Shown: positions 36,101 through 49,308 of the stretch, piece after piece
Position numbering within the stretch: the stretch's first letter is position 1
Layout of the letters: each line of letters begins with the position of its first letter
Source: Anthoceros angustus
Lineage: Eukaryota > Plantae > Anthocerotophyta
DNA length: 64,000 bases
Reading direction: 5' to 3'
Assembly (NCBI GenBank): GCA_010909165.1
Contig: MU008177.1
Coordinates: 930,001-994,000, forward strand
Notes under the pieces: model-generated
The model's input: only the letters and a program-made list of their open reading frames with translations
Databases searched by the model: none
Told to the model about the DNA's origin: nothing
Position numbers and translations under genes: made by a program

Positions 36101-39100
36101 CAAGAAGAAATCCAGAAGAAGAAGAAGTACTACTCATCCTCCGATGACAGCCCACGGAGGAAGATAGCTCTCAGACTCCGGATAGTTCCACGGAAGAAGA
36201 GACCATGATAGCTCGGAGGAAGATTCGTCGAGAGATGAGCGTAGAAGGAGAGAAAGAAGGAAACGAAAATGAGTGGGAACTAAGACGCGCAGGAAAGGAG
36301 CTGTATATGCAAAGAAGGACGCGGAGTGTGTGAGAAGAGAGGTGGAAACAAAAAAAAGGTGGAGCAACAAGGAACAAGATGGAGGAAATGATGATCAAAC
36401 CGAGAAACTTCATCTCAATGCCATAAAAGACCACGAGAGGAGAAGGGCTACGGAGCGCTCTTTCTCAACTTGCAGGGCACTCGAGGTCGAACTGTCACAA
36501 GTGCAACTGGCTACGAGGAAGAGGAGGAGGAGATGTGCTTGGAAGATACATACCAAATTCAAGAGGCGACACCATTGGCACCAAGACTTTGTACCCCTCA
36601 AGTTTACGAAACTCATGCATGGGCATTCGCAATCGATGGCAAGGAACCCCGCAAATGAGTGCCATTCAATTACTTGCCGAGGATTCGGCATCTTGCCAGT
36701 GCCCCTCCGCATCTCGTGGGAATGGTGATTTTGAGAGGTCAGGTGTGGATTGCAAGCAATCGTGCGGGCGTGCCTCGCCGATAAGAAAACATGTGAGGAT
36801 TGCTCAACCTCCTGACGGCAACCCACCCACCCATACAAGAAATGCTGCAAATGCAAGTCAAGATGCGCTCATGGCGTATGGGAGGATTCCGAGGCCAGTC
36901 GAGGAGCCCGGAAGGTTTGGGGATATGGATAGTGGGTATTATGAAACTCCGCCATGGCCGTCGAACGCGAGAGAGGAAGGCGACACCCTAAGAAGGGGGA
37001 ACGGGGAAGAAGAGAAAGAAGGAAGATTGGGAGCCTCCATAACATCCAGTGAGGAGGAAGTCGTCTTCATCAGAGGAAGGAAAGGGGTCCAACCACAAAA
37101 TGCCAACGAGGACTCGATGCAAACGAAAAGGGAGGCATGAATCCCGGATGGGGGCAACGAACGCACACCCCAACGCAATTGCGATTTTGGGGCACCAATG
37201 TAACCCCTTAGCAATGAACCCGCTGGATTCGAGGTGACGTGCGAAAAGAAGACCGAGGGAGTGGAACTCGAGTCGACACATCTGGCGAAAAACCCGCGGA
37301 GAGGATGAGTTAGGCGTTTCCGCCAGATGTCGAAGGAAGTCATGGAGATGATCCGAGAGGAATCGAATGCACCACCACCCAACCCACCCACCCACCCACC
37401 CACCCACCCACCCATCCTGCTTCACGACCGCGACACGGAGCTACCGTTGTTGAAACGAGTGGGGTGGCGCGAGAGGAGAACACCATGTCCCTTTCAATCG
37501 CGGAGGCCATCATGGACCAAAATTCATGATAACATTTGGACTCTTCTCGTGGACAATCCGAGGTACCGCCAGCAGATCCGCATTGAAGGCAAGACAACCC
37601 AAGAAGAGGCCCTTCCCAAAACAAGGCCGAGGCCCTTGCAGAACATGGTGGCCATGGTGACCAAGGTCCCGCTGAGCGCAGATAGAAATCTCGGATGCGT
37701 TATCAAGAAAGTACCTCGGATTCGGTCCGGGGTCAACATCATGACGGAGGAGCGTTAATGGAGATAGAACACACATCCAAGGTCTGCGTCTTGCGGACAT
37801 GTCCATGATGACACCGGGGAGCCGATCGAGTTCTAACCCATATTGGTACCATTCCGCACCTTATGGACTATGTGGTCATCAAACGTAAAGCTCCCGGATA
37901 TGACGTTTTGATTGGCCGGACGTGGATGGGGTACTGCACCTTCAAGTGGGCAAGGAAGGAAGTGGGCTTCAAACCTGGACTGGGACCCCAAGGTTAAGGA
38001 AGGGAGGATATGTTTATCTTGGAGTCGAGATACGACGCAGGAGAGACGCCACGGAAAGATGGCTATACCTCTGTAGAAGACACATTTGGGGAGGAGGATG
38101 AGAAAGAGAAGTTCCCGCTTTGCCCACATTTCTTGGTCGGATGAAGAGCGGGACTATCGAAGAGACATTCCCACTCCATCACTGGTGGGTTGTTATGGAG
38201 TGACAGCTTGATCTGACTGTGGAAGGTACTTGCTAGTGGAAGGTGGAGCAGCTTGTGGAAGGTGGTGGGACGGATGTGGAAGTTCTTGTTCCCGATGAAG
38301 CTTTGTTCATGGCGAGATGGAGGGGCGGCCGCGAATCGGAAGACGGCAAGTGATGGTGGTACAAAGAATGAGAAGGGAGATCCGGATACACCAGCCTACT
38401 TATTCGAAATATTTGAGTTCCCGAATCGGGCAGCATCCTGGACCTTTCAAGGCAACAAGATGCCTCGCATTATTCGAGTCCATTTGTCCGCCAGAGGCTT
38501 ATATCGAGGGACCGACGGAAGAGAAAGGTTGTGGGTGGTACCGTGACTTGGACCTACCATATGACAATGACATATATGCACTTTCTGCAAGCTTCACCTT
38601 CGATGGATGGGGCCATATAAAGTCCTTGAAGTTTTCGCAAATGGCTCCATACCCAGGCTAGATTAGGCGACCCCTACCAACCAGGTCAACGGTTGGAGAG
38701 TCAAGAAATATTACATGAGTTGGCGAGGGCGCCAACAAATGAGAAGGGAGTATGTAAACGATCCGTATTGGAAACTCCTGTTGGATTGTGTCTTTGAGTG
38801 ATTTTTGTTTTTTTTGTTAAGTTTGGTGTCAAGAAGAGCTAGGTTATGAGTAGGAAGGGATATTTATAGTAGAAAGTGTCCTTGGCCTATGAGTTTTGGG
38901 GTTGTTTCGTGGGTTAATAATAATCGGTCCTTGGACTATGAACTCGATACTCCTTGGCCTTTGGTCTTGGAATATTTAATAAAAGGCCTATATATGGGGG
39001 GGGTCCCCATATTTGGCAGGTCCGTAGGCTAGAGGTCGAACCAACCGCAGAGTTGAAAGTGTGTGGTCGCCGATCGGGGACTATGTTTCAAGACGGCGAA

Positions 39101-40791
39101 CGGCGGTCGTGGAAGGAAGGAGCGCTGAAGAAGAAGTGGTAGCGAAGCCACATATCGAGAGTTTCCGGGAAATATAACCCTAAGGGAACTCGGAAGGCAA
39201 GGCGCGGGCGGCAGCGGGTAGCTCGAGATCTCGAGGGCACGAGCTGCACGAGGTCAGGCAGCCGTGGCGGCGGAGCTCGCGATTCTGGAAGGAAGAAACC
39301 CTGGGGGACTGACCAAGTTGGAGATTCTGAGGCGAGCTATCAGCAATTCGAGGCGCCATGGGCAGTTAGGTTTTTGCAGGAGCATAGCGCCCAAGGCCGC
39401 AGCGGAAATTTCGATCGCCCAATGGCCAAATATGGACCATTGGAGGGTCCGAGGTGGAGGATTGGTGAGGGATTGGGATCATGGAAAAATGGTGGAGAGT
39501 TTATGGGAGGATTTACCAGACCAGGAACGAGGAAGGAGGACCCATAAATTCAGCAAAGAAGGACGAAGGGCCAGCGACCAAATCGGAGGGGGAGTGGAGA
39601 TAACATGGGCGGGGAGTAGTGGCATCCTAGGAATAGAACTTTGGATAGGATGCCATCCTAGACCTAAGGCCGTCCGAAATTGTAGGGGCGTCTCTTCGCG
39701 TTCAGCCGATTTTAGGACCTGGGAAGTCTGATGGGCTATGACGCCCCTAGCAATTGTATAAAGGGGCTTGGTTGTGCCCCTCACATCAGATAATTCCTGG
39801 TTGAGATCCCCACGCTGCCTGTGGCTGGTTGGAGACGTCCGATCGACGGAGGTGGTGTGCGCGAGACGCTCCTAGGGGTGGTCGAGAGCTTGCTCCGCAA
39901 CCGGGGGGAAGGGGGGTGATAGAGCGCTCTTTGCTGACAACGGAGGAGGAAACCAAGGGATTGGCGCGGGCGGGTCTGGAGCTTGCTCAACGCTGGCCGT
40001 GACGCCGGGGTTCTTCTTTCCTTCACCCTTGTTCCCAGTTGTGTTCAAATTGAGAGAGAAGTGTTGAGTGGATGGTTGGAAGCCCGCGAATTGAGGGAGA
40101 GAGAGAGAGAGAAGATTGGGTGAAGGAGTGATCAACAGACGCTGCGCGAGGTGTAAGAGGAGTTGAGAAGGGAACTAATTGAGAGACTAATGTGGAGATT
40201 TGTGTGGATCCAAAAGAATCCAAACCGGTCTTGGTGGAAGTGTGCACAAGAGGAAACAGCGTTCCTTGTAAAATTGTGTGAGTGTGGCGCCCTTTGTGTG
40301 TGTGTGAAGCGGTGAGGGATTTGTGGAACTTTGGTCCCTAGGAATCGGTGTGTGTGTGCATGAAGTGTGGAGTGCAAATAAAGTCTGATCTGCGGCATGG
40401 ACGCGCGGGGATCCGCGGCGCCGTGCGCCGGAAATAAGTCGCTAGGGTTTGGCGTGGGACCCACCTCGGTAGTCGAAGCAACTACCCGGTAGTGGTGAGA
40501 GCCACCGCGTCGTGGAATAAGATTCGTGGAATAAGATTTGTGGTCGTGGAATAAGATTCGTGGTTGTGGAATAAGATCATGGTAGTTAGACAAGTCGGGA
40601 GGTAGTAGTAGTTGAGTAGATAGGTAAGAGGAGTAATAGTGTAAGTCCCGACTTAGGTGAAGGTCGATGGCGATAGAAGTTAGCGTCTCTTGGCACAAAC
40701 CATTCCCTTGGGAGCGAATCCTAAGCCTACAACGACATTGAGGGTGAATGTGGACCTCACGGTGTCCCTAGACACAAATTCACACTCCACA
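33153..40791 (+). mobile_element. Non-autonomous Ty3/Gypsy (Tat/Athila-like) element: LTRs 33153-35195 and 38753-40791, gag plus protease only, TSD GCGAC
   Basis: ~2.04-kb TG...CA direct repeats, PBS TGGCGCTGTCGGGAA at 35199 and PPT GAGAAGGGAGTA. Gag AAKWY...FEALKRAFCERF; protease SGVNIM and YDVLIGRTWM. GCGAC at 33148-33152 and 40792-40796. Confidence 0.92.
34866..34990 (+). repeat. ~20-bp tandem repeat GTGGAATAAGATT(T/C)GTGGT(C/T) in the Gypsy LTR (7 cores here, 4 in the 3' LTR at ~40512-40578)
   Basis: Seen directly. Confidence 0.9.
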
Positions 40792-42691
40792 GCGACTCCA
40801 ACCATCGCGCCGCGGTGTTCTCTTCAGCGCCTAACCTGTCACAATGTCAGGGCATCCGTTAAGAGGTGTGTTCTCCCTCTCTTGGATCCCCCAACCGACG
40901 CTTACCTTTTAAGCTGGCTGAAGTGGAGCGAGCAACCGTTCTGGAGGACATAGGCTTCACCAAAAATCTTGATCTCCTGTTGAAGAAGCGACTTAACCCG
41001 GCTACGCTAACACCTGGTTACCCACTGCACCACACAAGAGATCACGATGTCTGGTTCCGGTGGAGGTTCGGGTTCTGGTGGTCCATCTCCACCACCACCC
41101 TCTCCTCCATCTCCGCCGTTGCCTCCTCCTCCACCATCCTCTCCTCCTCAGACTCCGTTCCCTCAACAACCCTCCTACACCGTTGAATTTAAGGAGTGGG
41201 ACCGCTTCAACGGTACCAAATTCGAAGTTTGGCGTGTGCGCATGACTTCTGCTCTACAGGCCAGACACGTGTGGGGAGTTGTTAGTGGCACTGATAGAAC
41301 CTCCCGCCATGCTTGCTACAGGATGACAAAGACAGATGGCAGAACTTAAATGATGTCGCGCGTGCTTTCCTCATCAGTGGGCTGGATGAAGTCCTCGTGC
41401 CTGACATTGCTTATCTCCTCAAAGCCGACGAGATCTGGAAGCAGCTCCTCCAGACGTACGAAGCAAGGAACATTCTTACCTTGTGTGCAGTGCGTGGGGA
41501 ACTCTTCTCTCTCCGCTTGAAGGAAGGGGAGAAGGTGTCACCTTTCAACCTTCGTTTCCGCCAGCTAAGAGCTCAACTTCTCAACCTTGGTTCATCGTTT
41601 CCTGAACTGGATGCTGTTGCCCAGTTCCTTTCTTCTCTACCTCCCAGCTACCAGACCTTTGTCTCTGGCTATGGTGCTTCCATACGCGCAGCTGACAAGG
41701 CAGTGGCTGCTGGGAAGGCCGCCCGAATCAGTTTTACTGATGTAGTCGGGGCCCTCTTACAAGAAGAGCAAAGTCGAGCACACTCTGGTCAGCACGGTCG
41801 CATCAAAGTGGACAAGGTGCTCTACACAAAGGGGCGGAACTTTGATAGGGGAAAATCAAATACCTCTGGAGCCGGACCTTCTAAGCTTGCTCCAAACAAA
41901 CGGACTGGTACTTGCAACTGGTGTGGCATTCAGGGCCACTGGGAACGAGAGTGTCGGAAGAAGAAATCAGGTGAACCGCGTAAAGCTGAGAAGCCCTATC
42001 GTTTGGCTGAAGCACACGTGGTTGCCAAGGACAGAACTTCCTCTTCCACCGCTGGCAAGCCACCAGTGGTAATGACGGTTTGTTTCTCGTCCTCTGCAGC
42101 ATCCACTCCACATCGCTGGTACCTAGACTCGGGTGCCACTTCCCACATCTGCAATGACAAGTCGTTTTTGAGTCATTTCCGGTCATCTCAGACGTCTGAC
42201 AAAGTGCTGTTAGGGGATGAGGTTACGCGTACCGGCTTGCGCATTGAGGGCTCTGGCTCATGTCGTTTTCGTCTTCATGATGGCTCAGTTCTTCACCTTG
42301 ACAACGTCCTGTACGTCCCACAGATGGCTAAGCACCTTCTATTAGTTAGCCAGCTCATGTCCTTACATATGTACAACCTGCTATTCACGTCTTCTAGCTG
42401 TTTGCTTAAGAAGAGTGGGGAAGGAGGTCAGGTCGTAGCAAAAGGACATTTGGTTCACGATCTTTATCAACTAGACTTGCAGTGCATACCTGTTGCCACT
42501 GCTCACGTTGCCCAACTATCACAGTCTGCACAGGCCAGTCTTTGGCATGCTCGATTGGGTCACGCTAATCATGACAAGTTGATAAAGATGTCTAACGGTC
42601 TAGAGGTTACCTCTCATGCTATAGAGAGCCACTTCCAAAGTGCTTCAAATCCTTGCCACTTTGTGATGCCTGCGTGATAGCCAAGCAAAAG

Positions 42692-45600
42692 TAACAATAT
42701 TATATAGATTATGTAGAAATAAATCACATCATTAAGTAATTACATTGTATATCAAGAAAGGGGTTAAAGTGCTTATGCATAAAAGACAACTTAAACTAAA
42801 TGTGAAAAGACATAACGTTTCTCAAGCGCCGTAACCCTAATGAACGGTCATGTACTATAGCTTTAACTAAACCCAATTAATACAACCCTAATCATGACTC
42901 CAACACATCTATTCTGTTACTCCCACTTGTTGATCATGATTTAATTGTGATCCTCCGAGCCTCTGCGGCTCGTGGGCCGGAGTTCACCGTGTATTGATTC
43001 TTCTAGCGCCATAGCCCGCTTCTCTTATGGCCGGTTGCCTTCTAGCCATATCGAGCAAGATGCCTTGTTCCGGTGTGAAGACGGCACAAATGAGGTGCGC
43101 CTTCCTCTTACGCATACTTCCTAAGTCTCTTACTCTCGAGGTGCTAGCGCAAGATTGCCGCTTTTCACCATGTCTCCGTCCTCGTCGGTCCGATCTGCTC
43201 TCAAGCGCCAGCTCAACCTCGTGACGCCCGGGCGATTCTTGCAAGAACAAGCCCCAAGTGAGCTCCGCTGCAAAGCCGCAAAGAGAGGAAGAGGACGCCC
43301 AAGGGAACCACAAGGCATCTTAGAGAAAGAAGAGCCGCGGTGACAAGTCCGTGAAGAAGCATCCGTTGAGTACCGATCAAGATGAAGCTCAGCCCTCACT
43401 GCCTCTGAAATTTCCTAGGCCCAACGATTATCTACGGAGACTAAAGCGGTGAGTTATGCAACTCTTGCTCGTCCTCAAACGCAATCACAAGACTGACTAT
43501 GGAAGAGTCGAGATCATCATGAAGCGTGTTGATGTGCGTCGCGCCTACCGAGACGCGTTGTAAGCATATATCGTAAGTCCCCTTTGCCGTTTACATCCTG
43601 CTGTTTCCATTTATCGACCAAGCCTTAGCCATCGATTGCTAACTACTCCCTTTGTCTCCGAAGGTTCCAACTTGAGGATTGAAGAAGAGGAAGACCTTGA
43701 AGCAGAGGAGAGGATTTCCTATGAAGAGCGTAGGAAACGTAATTCTCCAAGGTCGATGAGAGCTTCTCATCCGTTAGCGACTACGGAAAAGATTCATATG
43801 AGGATGAATCGCCTCGAGTCTTCTGATATGGAGAGGAGGTTACTCCTCGGATCCTAGTTTCGACTCGGTTTTAGGTTTGCTTGGATTAGACCTTGTTGGT
43901 AGTTGAGGTCAAGAACTCGCTTGAGTCCCCAAGCCCCAAACTCGAACATGTTTGTTGTGAGCTCTTTTGCCTTAGTGTATGTCCACAGGATTGTCTTGAG
44001 TCGGTACATATTGCGCTTCAATTTTTCCTGTTGTCACCAGACCTCTGATGTAGTGGTATTCGACCTCCACATGTTTCGTGCGTGCATGAAACACCGGGTT
44101 CTTAGCAAGTGACATGGAACCCTGATTGTCTGTGTTAATTGCTGTACAGGTGGGAATTGGTATACCCAAGTCTGGAAGAGTAACTTACCACACAATTTCT
44201 TTAGCTGCTCAGACTCTATACTCTGCTTGATCGAGGATAAAGCCACGATGGGCTGTTTTTGCTCGACCATCAGATGTCCTCCAAGAATCGATATGACATA
44301 GCCGAGATTTTCTTTATCATCACTGCATAGTCAGTCGTCCAGAAACTTCAAGGTCTAGGGTTTTCCTTCTCATGTTTGTATGTCGATGCCCATGTTGGTG
44401 TGCCTTTTAGGTATCGGAAGACACGTTTCAAACTAGTCCAGTGTTCTTGACCTGGATTCTCCAAGAATTGCGAGAAACGCTTGTGGTGTAGGCAACTTCT
44501 AACCTTGTTGTGTTTGAAGCATATATCAACTTCCCAACACCACGCCTGTAAGGAATTCCCTCATATGTTCCTTTTCTTCTTGTGTTGAAGGGACATGAGC
44601 TTGCTAAGCCTCGATCCTGTGGGCATGGGTGTTGCGGCAGTTTGGCATCCTTGAGGCCAAGTTGCTCTGCACTTTCCAGAGATATCTAGGGCATGTAAGT
44701 GTCATAATCCTAGCCTGCCTATTTCTTTGTATGTGTATACCAAGGCAGCTATGTAAAGGTCCAAGATGGACATTTTGAATCTCTTAGCAAGCATGTCATT
44801 ATTTTCTTTATAAAGTCCTGTTGTGTAATCAAGTCGTCAACGATACCGCCCAATGTGATTACATCTTCTTTTCAGAAATGTAGAGGCTACTGCGCAAGGC
44901 TTTTAGTGAAGTCTAGGGCTTGGAGTTCGAGTCCAACTCGCATTCCACTTCATAGCATTGTTTAAGACCATACGGACTTGATAAGTCTGCATACATGGTC
45001 CTCTTTCCTTCCACCTCAAAACCGGAGGTTCGCATGTATATCTCGTGTCCAGCCTTTCCATGCAAGAAGGCGCTTTAACGTCATACATTTGCGTTCATAA
45101 TCATTGTATGTTGATACCGCAAGGAGGACAGTGTGGCTAGTTTTACAACGGGAGCGAAAGTCTCTAAGTAATCAAGTCCGAGAATCAGAGAATCCTCTTG
45201 CTACTAGCCTAGCTTTGTACCTCAAAGGTACCATCATTTCACCTTTAATTTGAAGACCCATTTACAAGACACCATTTTCCGCCAGGTAATTTTGCTATCT
45301 CCCATGTGCCATTTTCTATGAGCGAGTCATATTCTAAGCGTATAGCTTTCTCCCACTCCTTGTGATCGTCTAGTCAACGCCTCGGCGGGTTTGAGGTTCT
45401 ATGGGATCAAGAGAGGTTGCGCGACCCTCACATTATGGGAAGAAGTTCAAGTCAGGCACAATAATAATCGGGGTCTTCACACGAGTAGGATATCGCGGAC
45501 GAGTTCGCTCGGGAGGTGCTTCATCGGGTTCATCGTATGTCCTCAAGCGTGTCATCGCCGTATCAAGCTATGGGGTCGGTTGAAAGACATCGGGTTGTGT

Positions 45601-48600
45601 ATCATCGCGTCGAGGAGGAAATTGATCTGTATGGTGTTGCGGGCATAGTGGTCGTCATCTAGAGCTTGTGCATCGCATATTCCCCACCGGCGAGCAATAT
45701 TCTCAAGTGGAGCTAGACGAGTGCCATGGTCGGAAAGATCAAAATGAGTGATCGAGATGTCATCCGCGCCGTCATCTGGAGGATGTCGTGCTCCCACAAG
45801 CCCAAGTCGTGCCTCATTAAAGGTAACACTCAGCATAAATAACTTTGTTGGTGGGAACATCATACGGTTTGTATGCTTTTATGCCCTCTGTATATCCCTG
45901 ATGAGTAGCTTTCTAGCTTTGTCTCGAAAGCTTCTTCCGCTTCTCTTTAGGGATAAAGGCGTAGGCAAGGCAACCAAAGGTCCTTAAATGTTTAAGAGAT
46001 GGCTTCCTTCCTGAACACCTCATATGGGGTCTCCGTAGTTAGTAGGTAACTTGCGTGAGGTAAGTTGAAGTCATAAGGGCCTCACCCAATATGGCAGCAG
46101 CGTCATGGAGCAAAGAGGAGGTCATTTCACAATGTGAGGTTGAGGCGCTCGCCACCCCGTTCTGCGTGGAGTGTAGACAAGCGTGAGTCATCTACCTATT
46201 CCTTCATCCTTGCAATAGGCCTGGAATTCATGTGATGTGAATTCCCCACCATTATCGATCTTAAGGTTTTGTTTGCTTCCCAGTCCGTTGAAACTTGATA
46301 TACTCCTTGAAGTAGGAGAAACACTCGCTCTTACATTTCGGGATGTATGTGGTGACAAATCTGCTCTTGTCATCGGTGAATGTGAGGAAATATTTTCCTC
46401 CACCAATTGAATCACAGGGAGAGGTCCACACATCTGTATGGACAAGTTCAAGAAGATCACTTGCGGTGAGGGGCCTGATTTTGAAGGCGCTTGATGTCTC
46501 TTAGAAAGAACACAAGCCTCACATAATGGAATTGAGGTCAAGGGACCAATGGGTCCATCTGGTAAAGGTCACTAGCACTAACTTTGCGGCTTTGCCATGT
46601 GTGGATGACCTAAGCGGGCATGCCACAACGAGATTTAGTTATCTGTTGCGATGCCTTGGAGACATCCTGTCGTGGGACTCAACTATTCCACTATTCAAAT
46701 GGAGACGAAAGTCATGGTCCAAGACCCATATGCAAGTACCTTCCTATGGTCAAATGCATCTATAATCGGCAATCTGTTCTAGTAAATAGCACATGGCTGC
46801 TATTATGCAGATCTTCTAAGCGAGATGAGGTTTCTTGTCATGTCGGTACATAGTAGACATCCTGCAATTTGAGGGTTAGTCCGGTGGAACGGCAAGTCTC
46901 TGATACCTCGAGAGACAAGAGACCTATCGTCTCAAGATACACATCGTCACAAGTGGCACAGTATGTTAAGAATGCGTTCTGTCAAAGCAAATATGAGTAT
47001 GGCTCACTGTCGAGATACCACTCTGCAGTGGGTTTAAAATATGCTTTGGCAGACAAGCATGTGGGTAGCAGAAGTGGACTTGCAAACTCCCTTGTCCCAA
47101 CTGTTAGGGCAGATGGAGTGTTTTGCTTCTTGACCACAATGTGTGTCTCAGCTGAAGATCCCTCCTTGCGAGGAATTCCAGCCTGCTTCTTCCGACACTC
47201 ACGTTCCCAATGGCCAGGTAACTTGCACCAGTTACAAGTACCTGCCTTTTTGGTTTTCTTGTATAGAGTGTTGGTTCCCTGTTGACCAGCACCCTTGAAA
47301 TTACTGCTTCCACCCTTTGAGAAGGTCCTTCTACCTCCTCGTCCTTGGTTGGATGTGTACAGGGCCTGCTGCTTCCCTGCACGCCTATAGTTGGTCTTGC
47401 TTGCTTCCTCTTGAAGCATTGAGCTCACCTGAAAAGCTCATCTCGGCATTTCCACACCTTGTTTCTTGGCTAACAATGTAGCTGTTCGGCAGGATGTGAA
47501 GTCACAAAGTGTGACCACGATTCGGAAGAGAAAGAAGGAGTCTCATCACCATTTCATCGTCTCCTATGGTGACTTTGGAGGCACCACAAGCCTTGAAGCT
47601 AGGGTCCCAAGGTACTCACGTGCTTTTCCACCGAGTCCCCATCCTTCATTCTCAAATTTTGGAAGTTTCGTAAAAGTCATTGCACCATGTTACGCCTCGT
47701 AGAGTTCCTTGAGGCGAGTTAGGATTTCGTGAAGTCTTCACCCAAGATCTGCCTCAACATTTCGGATGTTAGGCCAGCGTATGAGGTACTTTCTCCATCT
47801 TTTTAGCTAACCAACTGCCTTCGATATCCCTTCGCGGGATACTCTACATTTCCGTTGCATATTTAAGGAGGCCTCTCATCTCGAGAACACCCTCCATCCG
47901 GATGAGCCGATATCAAAGTCATTGCCATTGAACTGTCCTTTTCTTTGAAGGATTCACTACTACCAAAGTTAGAAGACAAGGTATCACCCATGTTTCGGGT
48001 ATAGACTCTTCTATGTGTTCGACTGCTTTATTGAAGACGTTTCCAAAATCGTCTAGATCACTTTCGATCGTTCCATTCATTATTACTTACGTGCATGTTG
48101 GTTTTGACGCGTTGCGGGGTTTGATCCCATGCAATCTGCGTCGCTATCCTAGCACTTCTCATCTCATATTTGTTATACGTAAGTTGAACATGAAGGACAA
48201 GAATTTGGTGAGTCAAACTTCCTTTCACGATTTGTTTTACTTACGTGCTTGCAGGCAATACCTCACGAATCTTTGGGTTAGACAACAACTCGGGTTTTAA
48301 TAGCATTACAAGTTTGTAATCTATATGTGCAAGTTCTTTTAAATCCGCAAATCGATACTAGTCGAAACATGACAAATTTGGTTGAATCTATTTTCAACAT
48401 TCCTATTGTTAGTTTCAAGGCCTGAACAATTGTGTTTACCGGTTGATTGTCGGCCGGTCATGAGGAAAGCTGCGTTGGTGTACAATTTGCAAGTGGTTGA
48501 TTTTGTACAACGCTCCTCTCCGTGAATGTCGGTCGAGTTATTGGGAGCAGCAATTCAAGTAGTGTGTTGAATGCTCCCTTGATGTCTCTGTGCGCGGTTG

Positions 48601-49308
48601 AGTCCTCTGGCTCCATTGTTGGACACACACATGTAATTGATTGGCAAGGTAAATCACGACTGACTCGTCGATTCCTAGGATTGTTGTTCCCCTAGGATTT
48701 TCCGGGAGCAAGGTAGATATAATTTGCCATGGCCTTGAGCCGATTGTTATATCTAAAATGCAGAATTTGCATTATAGAGATCCTTTTATATAAATCATAT
48801 ACACTAATCACTATTAGGCGGTTGTTCTAGTATCTGCATGGAATTGTCTAAACGACAATTTAATGGAAATGCATTAGAAAATCTACTGATTCAAGACGAT
48901 TCTGTTAGATTTTTCTAAAAGAAAATATCAGAAACTATTTTCTTGAAAATCTTCTTGTTTCTTTCTTTTGAACTCATTTTCAAAATAGGAAGACTAAAGA
49001 AGATAAATTGCACATTTTCTAGTGCAGAATTTCAATGCGCATCTTCCTAGATGCATTCTACAAAGTAAGCTCGATACCATAACAATATTATATAGATTAT
49101 GTAGAAATAAATCACATCATTAAGTAATTACATTGTATATCAAGAAAGGGGTTAAAGTGCTTATGCATGAAAAGACAACTTAAACTAAATGTGAAAAGAC
49201 ATAACGTTTCTCAAGCGACGTAACCCTAATGAACGGTCATGAACTATAGCTTTAACTAAACCCAATTAATACAACCCTAATCATGACTCCAACACATCTA
49301 TTCTGTTA
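42692..49308 (-). mobile_element. Inner Ty1/Copia element with 228/229-bp TA...TA LTRs (42692-42919, 49080-49308), TSD AAAAG
   Basis: The LTRs differ at about 3 positions. PBS TGGTATCGAGC next to the right LTR and PPT AAGTGGGAG next to the left LTR. CNWCKLPGHWEREC, WYLDS, DNGGEF and HARTKHVEVEYHYIR. AAAAG at 42687-42691 and 49309-49313. Confidence 0.92.
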
